DNA of 15,970 bases. It comes from a virus. Lineage: Duplodnaviria; Heunggongvirae; Uroviricota; Caudoviricetes. The position numbers were made by a program, and so were the translations under genes. This document shows, piece after piece, positions 1 to 7,521 of the stretch (within the stretch, counting starts at the first letter, position 1; the number at the start of each line of letters is the position of its first letter). The stretch covers positions 1 to 15,970 of IMG/VR virus record IMGVR_UViG_2778261276_000005; one strand, given 5' to 3'. Under the pieces are notes generated by a model. That model made no database searches. It was not told the DNA's origin and worked only from the letters and a program-made list of their open reading frames with translations.

Positions 1-209
1 GTGGCGGCCTCAGTCCGGAACAATTTGAAAACCAGAACCTCGCTTAGGCCTGTGTCCATATTACGTGGGTAGGATCAGTTATCCCTTCGTATCAATGACT
101 GACTCTTAAACGCAATGCTTTGGTTGCTGGCGTATCTGACAGCTTCTTCGGCGTGAAGGTCGTTGTGTAAGTATACTTCTTGGTTTATTTAGGCTATATA
201 AAACCATGA

Positions 210-1106
210 CTATGACTGGCTGTTTTCAGTAAGAGTCTTATCATCCAAAGAATTTATTCTAGAAATTCTTTTTAACTCATTAAGATAATCAACCTCGTTT
301 TCTAAGAACCAATGAAGAACTTTAGAGTTGCCAAGTAATTTATTAATATATGACTGGATTATAACGAATTTCAACATATCTGAACCATACTCGGTTTGAA
401 GTTTTTTCGTTTCTTCCGAAGTTGTTGCCATTTCTTGTTCCAGACGAAGTATGGTTTTTTTTATGTCCTTTTTATAGGGAGTGTTTTTCCCTTTATTTAC
501 TATCATCGATGACGGTGTTGCATCCAAGATGCTCATTGCAAATTTTTTACTATAATTATCAAAATTAATCATTGTACCGACTGCTTCAATTTGACGAATT
601 GGCTTCATTTTCCTCAAAACGTCAAATGTAGCCTTAGGTATAGGTTTATCAGAAAGTTTCGCAATTACACTTGGATCTATGCCGTTCATCACATTAGCTT
701 TATCTTTTATGGCATCAACAGATATGCCCAAAGCAGCACTAAGTTTTTCAATTGATACTTTTGCCAGAGACTTAATTATCATTCTATGTTCTTCAACTAC
801 ATTTATATGATTCACTTGTTTGTTAGGAGTGAAAGCATCATCTATGCTCGAAAGTATACATGGAGCTTTTTCTATATCTAAGTCTTTTAAAGCCTCAACC
901 CTTAAATGGCCATCAAGTATCTTAGTGACATCTTTATCTTTGTCATAGAATACTATTATTGGTTCAATAATACCCAAGCTTTCGATAGAGGTAACTATTT
1001 GATGATATTTATGGCTTCGCTTTACGTTTTCTAATAATTCCTTAGATGGAATTAACTTATTAGTTTCCAGGTAAATAAAATTTTTGCCAAAACGTATCTG
1101 AATCAT
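210..1106 (-). CDS. ParB/Srx-fold protein (ParB N-terminal domain-like), paralog A
   Basis: 298-aa ORF; motif ILDGHLRVEAL resembles ParB box II / DGQHR-type arginine motif; ATG overlaps stop of the upstream gene (ATGA at 1103-1106); AGAGG ribosome-binding site about 8 nt upstream; AT-rich codon usage shared with the neighbours. Confidence 0.6.
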   Translation of the reverse strand: MIQIRFGKNFIYLETNKLIPSKELLENVKRSHKYHQIVTSIESLGIIEPIIVFYDKDKDVTKILDGHLRVEALKDLDIEKAPCILSSIDDAFTPNKQVNHINVVEEHRMIIKSLAKVSIEKLSAALGISVDAIKDKANVMNGIDPSVIAKLSDKPIPKATFDVLRKMKPIRQIEAVGTMINFDNYSKKFAMSILDATPSSMIVNKGKNTPYKKDIKKTILRLEQEMATTSEETKKLQTEYGSDMLKFVIIQSYINKLLGNSKVLHWFLENEVDYLNELKRISRINSLDDKTLTENSQS

Positions 1107-1999
1107 TTTGATACCTCTTTGTTTACTGGGTTTAATATCTGAGATGGTAGTTCTGAAAGATTCTCTTGTTCAAGTATATTTTGAAAGCTTTTATTCATCA
1201 TTATGATGTTAAAAATCTCATTTATTATTAGTAGATTGGTTTTTATAAATTTCGAGTTGTTATAAACAGATTTATGTTCAGCGATACTATTTTCATAAAG
1301 CTCAATCAACTCCTCTGCAGTCATCCTTTTTGATGGTTTGTGATAATAAAATCCGGCTGCTTTTGCACCTTTATTCCCAACTGTTCTTTGATTTAGAATG
1401 TATTTTATCTTTATAATGTCCCGACTTTTTATTAATTTTTTATCATATGCTTCGGTAAGAATATCTTGTGCTTCCTCAGTTTCACATCTTGCAAATTGCA
1501 CTGCGAGATACAGAGGCAAATTACCCCGTTCGACTGCTGAGAGAAGTTTATGCTCTCCCTTATCAAGAAGCATATTAATACTGCTCACCCAGTTCGATGA
1601 ATATCCAGTAATCTCACTTATTTCGGAGTCTGAAAGTCCTCTGATTTTCATGTCTTTAATCACCTGTAATAACTCATTAGAACGTGGTCTTCTCCTTGCA
1701 ATGTTTTCAACTAAACTCATAACGTAAGCATCTTCTTCTGATACATCTCTTATAATTGCTGGAATAATAGTTTCACCTAATGCAACAAGAGCCTCTATTC
1801 TCCCTTGACCACAAATTAAAGCATATTTGAAATCGTCTTCATCAATAGTTCTTACGCTTATAGGCTTGCTTAATCCTCTTTTTTTTATGCTTTCCTTTAT
1901 TTCTTCATGCACTACCTTATTTCTTGTTCGTGGGTTAAGAAATTTTATTTTTGCAATCTCAATTTGAATTATTGGGAATTCATTTTTTTCAGGCAGCAT
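1103..1999 (-). CDS. ParB/Srx-fold protein (ParB N-terminal domain-like), paralog B
   Basis: 298-aa ORF; LICGQGRIEAL (box II-like G-x-x-R-x-x-A) and SLVENIARRRP (ParB box III-like) motifs; start overlaps the recombinase stop (1989-1999); GAGGGA ribosome-binding site 5 nt upstream. Confidence 0.65.
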   Translation of the reverse strand: MLPEKNEFPIIQIEIAKIKFLNPRTRNKVVHEEIKESIKKRGLSKPISVRTIDEDDFKYALICGQGRIEALVALGETIIPAIIRDVSEEDAYVMSLVENIARRRPRSNELLQVIKDMKIRGLSDSEISEITGYSSNWVSSINMLLDKGEHKLLSAVERGNLPLYLAVQFARCETEEAQDILTEAYDKKLIKSRDIIKIKYILNQRTVGNKGAKAAGFYYHKPSKRMTAEELIELYENSIAEHKSVYNNSKFIKTNLLIINEIFNIIMMNKSFQNILEQENLSELPSQILNPVNKEVSK

Positions 2000-3545
2000 A
2001 TAGTTCCCTCACTTTCATGCGAGTAATAATTTGTAGAAATTTATCAAGATTATCAAATCTATAGAGATCTAACCGAATGTTGTTTGTTTCCATCATACAC
2101 ATTTTACTATATTCGTTTTCAATCTTTGGTATGATATAAAAATCAAGAGGTGAAATATTTTGTGAATTCATTCGTATAACAATTGTTATGTCTGCTTTCT
2201 GTGAGTTATCAAACCGGACTTTCCATCTAAGTTTACCTGATTTCATATGTATGCATTTAGTAACAAGGACGGAAATTAAAAACTCATCATTGATGTAAAG
2301 CATTGGGTAATATTTATACTCGTCTATATGACAGTTACTTTTTAATATTTCGCCCTTAAAATCCTCAATTATCTCTGAGTAAAATGATCTTAGTGCTTCA
2401 TTTATTTGGAGATAGCTGTAATCATGTTCTGGCTTATAACCAATCAAAGTATATGCTCTTAAAAGACCACCAAATCGGGTTCTATAAACAGAAGATGAAG
2501 GGCCTGTATCATCTTCATCAATGATAAAGCCTGATAGTTTTCCATTAGATTCTAATTTTTCTTTTAGCTTTTCTAATAGATCTTCATTAGTCAAATGAAT
2601 GGATCGGAGCTGAATTATTTCTTGAGCTTTATTATATTTTTTCTTTGAAATAATTGGTTTATATGCCTTGTCACATCTAATCCATTCATGTTTGGGGTTT
2701 TTTACAAGCCTACTTTTTAGTTTAGATGAGGTTTTGTTATATATGTTGTTTCCAATATATTTTTCATTTGTCAAAATTTGATGTATTTTTGCACGAGTCC
2801 ATGATGTTCCATTTTCTGCAGGTATGCTCTGTTCATTTAATCTCTCAGCAATAATGAATTCTGGGACGTTACTATCTATAAAGAGATCATAGATTCTATT
2901 TACAATTTTTATTTCATTTTTTGGTCCCGGAATTAATATTACCCTATCTGTTTGAATACTCTTTCTTTTGCGGAAATTCAATATTTCTTTAGCTATGCCA
3001 TTTTCGTCTACTAAAAGACGTCTCAGCCCATAACCAGCCATACCGCCTTGATGATAACCAAGCTTTATTAAATTTACTTGCCCTATAAATACCTTTTCAG
3101 ATAGATTCCTGCTGTGATATGCAGCACTTGATCTTTTTATATTCAGTATAACAGAGGACTCTAAAGGGAAATCTTTAGTGGGTATAGGTTCGGAACAATA
3201 TATAAGATCTACACCATTTCTTTCAAATAGAAAGGAATAATATGCAGCTTCATCACTATTTTGAAAACGACCAAAACGGCTCACATCATAAAATAATACA
3301 GCCTGTATATCTATTTTCTTTTGTTCTACATCGCTAAGTAACTGCTGCAAAGAATGCCTGCCTACGATACTGACTCCGCTCTTACCTGCATCATCGTAGG
3401 TATAAGCGATTTCCATATTGTTCTTTTCAGCATAATCTTTGATATATTCAGACTGATTATGTAAAGAATATTGCTGATGGTCGGTAGACATCCTCAAGTA
3501 CTGTGCGACCCTAACTCTATGATTTTTTTCATTTCCGCTAGCCAT
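1989..3545 (-). CDS. Large serine recombinase (resolvase/invertase-type catalytic domain plus long C-terminal recombinase extension)
   Basis: N-terminal motif YLRMSTDHQ with the catalytic Ser, typical of serine recombinases; about 518 aa from the ATG at 3545 (the ORF track begins at a TTG at 3551); GAGG 8 nt upstream of that ATG. Confidence 0.85.
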   Translation of the reverse strand: MASGNEKNHRVRVAQYLRMSTDHQQYSLHNQSEYIKDYAEKNNMEIAYTYDDAGKSGVSIVGRHSLQQLLSDVEQKKIDIQAVLFYDVSRFGRFQNSDEAAYYSFLFERNGVDLIYCSEPIPTKDFPLESSVILNIKRSSAAYHSRNLSEKVFIGQVNLIKLGYHQGGMAGYGLRRLLVDENGIAKEILNFRKRKSIQTDRVILIPGPKNEIKIVNRIYDLFIDSNVPEFIIAERLNEQSIPAENGTSWTRAKIHQILTNEKYIGNNIYNKTSSKLKSRLVKNPKHEWIRCDKAYKPIISKKKYNKAQEIIQLRSIHLTNEDLLEKLKEKLESNGKLSGFIIDEDDTGPSSSVYRTRFGGLLRAYTLIGYKPEHDYSYLQINEALRSFYSEIIEDFKGEILKSNCHIDEYKYYPMLYINDEFLISVLVTKCIHMKSGKLRWKVRFDNSQKADITIVIRMNSQNISPLDFYIIPKIENEYSKMCMMETNNIRLDLYRFDNLDKFLQIITRMKVRELYAA

Positions 3546-3827
3546 GCACAAAACCTCATGGATGATTCAATACAATGTAGAGGATAAAATTGATCAAATT
3601 TTAACCGAATTCAACTGTTTTATCATTGATTAGAGCGAATTTGGTAGTTCTTCGAGGTGTATGATAATCGAGAAGAGATGTGAATTATTTAGCTGATATG
3701 ACCGACAGCTTTCGTTATGTGGCCTCAAGGTACCCATTTGTAAATGGCTATGCTTAGTCCACATAGGTTAATGGTGTGATCATTAATTCTTCAAATAAAT
3801 CAAGATAGTTAACCCATCATGGAAGAG

Positions 3828-5057
3828 TTATGCGGCAATAACTTTGTATTTTTGAGACGAAACATAGTCACTCCACCATTGCATGAGAACCACACGTTCT
3901 GTGAGATACTCTGCACGATTGTAGGCTGCAATTATTTCATCTTTTTTCGAGTGGGCAAGGGCGGCTTCTAAGACATCAGTTCTAAACTTGCCACACTCCT
4001 CAGCCGCCGTTCTAGCGATTGATCGCATACCATGAGCTACAAGCTCACCTCCGAAGCCCATACGGATTATAGCCGCATTAGCTGTTTGTTCATGCATGTG
4101 ATTGAGTGGAGCTTTGATACTGGGAAAAACCCACTCTCTATGCCCGCTGATGGCTTTCATTGAATCCAAGACTCGCAAAGATTCTTTGCTCAGTGGAACT
4201 TTGTGAGGCTTCTTCATTTTCATAAACTCCGCCGGGATGTTCCACATGCTGGTTTCTATATCAATATCTGACCATCTTGTGCGAACAGCTTCACCAGGGC
4301 GAACCCATGTGAGAAGTTGCCACTCAATCAGTAGCCTTGTTTCTAAACGGATAGAAGCATTGTTTAGAGCAACCAGGAAGCGGGGGAGTTCGGAAGGGGG
4401 TAATGCTGGCATATTCTGTTTTTTTGGCTTGCTGAACCGTTGCCCCAGGTTGTCAGCCGGATTGAATTCTATGAGTTCTTCTGTTGCTGCATAGCGGAAA
4501 ATTTCATTCAGGCGGGATATGACGCGGCGAAGTGTTTCAAGGACACCTCGTTTTTCTATGGGGTCTAAATGCTGTTTAAGCATTTTAGGGCGAATCTCCT
4601 TAATGGGGGTATCACCCAACGTTGGAAAGATATTTCTCTCTAGGCTTCGCCAGATGTCGTTAGCATGATCCTGGGAGATGCCTGACGTTTTGACTTTCTC
4701 ATCAAGCCACTTCTTGGCTACTGCTTGAAATGTATGTTCCGTTGCATCCTTAAGGGCATTGGCTTTGTGGGTGTTATGAACTTGTGGGTCTATACCATTT
4801 GCAAGCAACGACAAGTACTCATCACGTAAAGCTCGTGCCTTCGCAAGTGTAAGGTGAGGATAGGTTCCTAAGCTCACCTTAGTTCGCTTTTTGGTCACAG
4901 GCACTGCATATCTGAAATACCAATTTTTCTTTCCTCCCTTCGCTAAGGGGGCGATTCGCAGGAGCAAACCATCGCCGTCAAAAAGGTTAACCTCTTTCTC
5001 GGCAGGTTTGGTGCTTTTGATTTCAGTGTCAGTGAGCTTCTTAGCGATTTTTGCCAT
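3828..5057 (-). CDS. P4-family tyrosine integrase
   Basis: Arm-binding N-terminus (KNWYFRY), C-terminal catalytic region with HGMRSIARTAAEE ... LAHS ... AYNRAEY (R/H/Y catalytic residues); the ORF track extends to 5201, but the ATG at 5057 (MAKIAKKL...) has a GAGGG ribosome-binding site 8 nt upstream, giving about 410 aa. Confidence 0.9.
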   Translation of the reverse strand: MAKIAKKLTDTEIKSTKPAEKEVNLFDGDGLLLRIAPLAKGGKKNWYFRYAVPVTKKRTKVSLGTYPHLTLAKARALRDEYLSLLANGIDPQVHNTHKANALKDATEHTFQAVAKKWLDEKVKTSGISQDHANDIWRSLERNIFPTLGDTPIKEIRPKMLKQHLDPIEKRGVLETLRRVISRLNEIFRYAATEELIEFNPADNLGQRFSKPKKQNMPALPPSELPRFLVALNNASIRLETRLLIEWQLLTWVRPGEAVRTRWSDIDIETSMWNIPAEFMKMKKPHKVPLSKESLRVLDSMKAISGHREWVFPSIKAPLNHMHEQTANAAIIRMGFGGELVAHGMRSIARTAAEECGKFRTDVLEAALAHSKKDEIIAAYNRAEYLTERVVLMQWWSDYVSSQKYKVIAA

Positions 5058-5100
5058 GTTTGGGACCCTCATGTTTTGGACCCTTTGTGTTGGGTCCCAA
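5058..5100 (-). promoter_or_regulatory. Cluster of GGGACCC-type repeats just upstream of the integrase start (possible regulator or integrase binding sites)
   Basis: GTTTGGGACCC (5058-5068), GTTTTGGACCC (5073-5083) and the inverted copy TTGGGTCCC (5090-5098) within 45 bp. Confidence 0.3.
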
Positions 5101-5155
5101 AAAGGGTGCCATAACGAGTAGATTCTAGCAATTCTCGGTAGACTACTATAGACGT

Positions 5156-5189
5156 AAAAAAGCCCGCAAGGCTGGTTCCATGCGGGCTT
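5156..5189 (-). terminator. Rho-independent terminator, minus strand, just downstream of the ssrA 3'-end fragment
   Basis: Perfect 9-bp inverted repeat AAGCCCGCA / TGCGGGCTT (5160-5168 / 5181-5189) followed on the minus strand by a run of T (plus-strand A run 5156-5161). Confidence 0.6.
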
Positions 5190-5223
5190 GATAGACTTCA
5201 CTGAACTTCAATATATCAAAAAT

Positions 5224-5254
5224 TGGTGGAGCTGGCGGGAGTTGAACCCGCGTC
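5224..5254 (-). repeat. ssrA: 31-nt fragment identical to the 3' end of tmRNA (ssrA); attachment-site repeat, not a complete gene
   Basis: Minus-strand sequence GACGCGGGTTCAACTCCCGCCAGCTCCACCA matches the acceptor/T-arm 3' terminus of enterobacterial tmRNA as I recall it; similarity stops abruptly at 5255 and no tmRNA body follows. Confidence 0.8.
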
Positions 5255-5379
5255 AAAATTTATATAATCTTTTGTAAAATATACGTTTTTTCTATTGTTT
5301 TTGATCCGCGTATACTTCGCGTACACTTTGCCATTTGAACTTAAACATGCTGCCGTCGCTACATCATGACATGTTATTT

Positions 5380-6081
5380 TTACTTCTCATTTTCAAAGTC
5401 ATCACGAATGTTAATTAGATCTGTAATCAAAGCGCCAACTTTAGTTGAAGGATTTATCGAACCGTCTTTTTTGGCGGCATCTTCGACTCTTTTAGCATTG
5501 ATTAATGCCGTATCGAGCCGATCTTGCAATTTATTAAATACACCTGATGCCTTTTTCTCATAATCTGGCATGTATTTTTTTAACTCAGCTAGCATTTGTG
5601 CGCCTTCACTTTTGCCTTTCTGAGGTGAAAATGATTTTCGGGGGTATCCAAAATGTAGTATCAGCCAGTACTCGAAACATGGTATGGAAGTTATAGCAAC
5701 AAAAATCCCTTTTGGATTTAAGGAATTAATCCTGCTAAGAGCTTCATCATAGTTAGGGTGAGCGTCTCTATCAAAGACACAATAAACCTTATCATAAGGG
5801 TCGCTCCTTTTTTTTTCCGTATTATATTTTTCTTTTGCCCAAGATACCACATTCATAGGGCTTGAGCCGCACTCTCCAGAAATCTCAACTATGCTTGCCG
5901 TGCTTATACGGCAATGTTTTATAAAATCTGTAAAATATGCGGGCTCAGTCTTCTCTCCCTCACAGACGATAAGAATTTTCTTCATTTGAGCTCGTGCTTT
6001 ACTAACTCGTTTGAATTCATTATTACGCCGAGCCTTTCTTTTTTTGAACAGATCTTCGCTTCCCATTAATATCTCTCCCAT
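5380..6081 (-). CDS. RloB-like (AbiLii-family, TOPRIM/OLD-type) protein
   Basis: Motifs ILIVCEGEKTEPAYF, VFDRDAH and CFEYWLILHF characteristic of the RloB family; overlaps the upstream ATPase gene by 16 nt; an alternative ATG at 6066 (TAATG overlap, GGAG 8 nt upstream) would give 228 aa. Confidence 0.7.
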   Translation of the reverse strand: MGEILMGSEDLFKKRKARRNNEFKRVSKARAQMKKILIVCEGEKTEPAYFTDFIKHCRISTASIVEISGECGSSPMNVVSWAKEKYNTEKKRSDPYDKVYCVFDRDAHPNYDEALSRINSLNPKGIFVAITSIPCFEYWLILHFGYPRKSFSPQKGKSEGAQMLAELKKYMPDYEKKASGVFNKLQDRLDTALINAKRVEDAAKKDGSINPSTKVGALITDLINIRDDFENEK

Positions 6082-7331
6082 TTCCCAATGAGTGGTAAAG
6101 CCCCATATCTACCGTCAAGATAAGAAGCTTCTAAATTCTCCCTTCCTTTTCTTGGACTAAAATCCGTAAGTGGGAAAAGATTTGTTTGCTTTGAATTGTC
6201 TTTTTCTACAAACCAAATCTGATCTCGTCTGAAAACATCTTGATTTAAAATAGACGTCTCATGAGTTGTAAAGATTAACTGGGCACCATTCTTATTGATA
6301 TTTTTATCGTGAAATAAACCTACAATAAACTCAACTAATTTGGGGTGTAAGTTATCATTTAATTCATCAATAAACAGGATGTTTCCTGTCTCGAGTGAAT
6401 GTGATAAGGGACCCGCGAAACTAAAGATTTTTCTAGTTCCATGCGATTCATCTTTTAAATCGAATGGAATTGGCTCTCCATCCTCATTATTATGAAGTGT
6501 TTTAATGACATATTCTTCCTTGCCTTGCATATTCTTAATCACTAGTTCCTTGATGGCTGCAGGCATATCATCAGGAAGAGCATTGGGATTGAATTTTTCT
6601 TTTGTTACATGAATGTCATCAATACCTACATCGGCAGCTTTTAAAAAATTGAGAATCTCATCTTTCTTATCATTTAAGCATTGCTTTGCACTGTAATCAC
6701 TATCCCAACCTGTTAATTCAGTAAATTTAACTTTGTAATAAAACCAATCGTATACAGGTTTTAGTTGTACACTGTTTAATTGTACCGCTGTAGAAAGAAA
6801 GAGCGCATTAGGCCTAGTTGATTTCAACCATGTTTGTTTTTCTCCTGTCAACGATGGCCCCAACTCCCATTCATGGGTTTGTTTTTCTTCATCCCATAGA
6901 CGTAAAAACCATTTTTGTGGTCTGCCTTTGGGGAATGCAAATAACCATTCGTCGTGAATAAAATCTTCTGTTGCAGAAAAACCATACTGGTATCTGATGC
7001 CTTCGGAAATAAAGTTAATTTCAAATTCAGATGGTTGATTAATCTTCTTTGAGTCTAGTCTAAAAGGCGTGATATCAAGTTTATCACCACTTTTATAACC
7101 TGTAGCAGACCGGACAATAAGTTCAGCCATAGTTGTAATAGCGTTAATAATGTTTGATTTTCCGGCAGCATTAGGGCCATAAATCACAGCACTTTTAAGC
7201 AATTCAAGAGATTTAGGTTCATCAATACTGAACAGATTATTAGGCAAATCGTTAAGTTTTGATGCAACTAAACTCAGTGTTTGTTTCTCTGAAATAGATT
7301 TATAGTTTTGTACTGTAAACTCAATCAACAT
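6066..7331 (-). CDS. AAA/ABC-type ATPase (AbiLi-like, AAA_21/AAA_15-type)
   Basis: Walker A GPNAAGKS near the N-terminus, Walker B LFIDELNDNLH near the C-terminus, 421 aa; AT-rich; first gene of a two-gene operon. Confidence 0.75.
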   Translation of the reverse strand: MLIEFTVQNYKSISEKQTLSLVASKLNDLPNNLFSIDEPKSLELLKSAVIYGPNAAGKSNIINAITTMAELIVRSATGYKSGDKLDITPFRLDSKKINQPSEFEINFISEGIRYQYGFSATEDFIHDEWLFAFPKGRPQKWFLRLWDEEKQTHEWELGPSLTGEKQTWLKSTRPNALFLSTAVQLNSVQLKPVYDWFYYKVKFTELTGWDSDYSAKQCLNDKKDEILNFLKAADVGIDDIHVTKEKFNPNALPDDMPAAIKELVIKNMQGKEEYVIKTLHNNEDGEPIPFDLKDESHGTRKIFSFAGPLSHSLETGNILFIDELNDNLHPKLVEFIVGLFHDKNINKNGAQLIFTTHETSILNQDVFRRDQIWFVEKDNSKQTNLFPLTDFSPRKGRENLEASYLDGRYGALPLIGKWERY

Positions 7332-7521
7332 AATTTATACCCTTTTAACTTCCCATAGCTTAAAAACCACTAAAAGTGATTTTATAGCACAAATTTGACA
7401 AAAAACGTCAAATCTTTGCATTTAATGCACACTAAAACCATTGTACACTATCCTCATCATCCTGCTAACATTCTTGTAAGCTTTACTGTTTTGCGAAGGG
7501 GGGCTAGTGCTATCGGGCGTT

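Larger units (their letters stand above)
1..5254 (-). mobile_element. Partial integrative island: P4-family integrase next to an ssrA 3'-end att repeat, with AT-rich cargo; continues past the left edge of the window
   Basis: Integrase reads away from the ssrA-fragment repeat at 5224-5254; cargo genes 210-3545 are markedly AT-rich compared with the integrase and prophage; no second att copy found within 1-209. Confidence 0.55.

Noticed and set aside
1-209. P2/P4-type cos site at the left end of the island
   Set aside because: The 19-nt cohesive-end sequence I recall (GGCGAGGCGGGGAAAGCAC) and its complement are absent from the window.
1398-1727. 109-aa plus-strand ORF antisense to ParB-like paralog B
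   Set aside because: Lies entirely within a well-supported minus-strand gene; low-complexity Leu/Ser/Ile-rich translation typical of antisense frames in AT-rich DNA.
4237-5121. Plus-strand ORFs 4237-4494 and 4891-5121 inside the integrase gene
   Set aside because: Antisense to a conserved integrase; no start signals.
3828-5201. Full-length 457-aa integrase ORF as given in the ORF track
   Set aside because: The first 48 codons overlap the GGGACCC repeat region and have no ribosome-binding site; the ATG at 5057 has a GAGGG site and begins the conserved arm-binding domain.
5366-5563. 65-aa plus-strand ORF
   Set aside because: Antisense overlap with the RloB-like gene; no ribosome-binding site.
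5255-5600. A complete tmRNA (ssrA) gene continuing from the 3'-end fragment
   Set aside because: Similarity to tmRNA stops after 31 nt; the adjacent sequence is AT-rich and unrelated, so only an att-type repeat is present.
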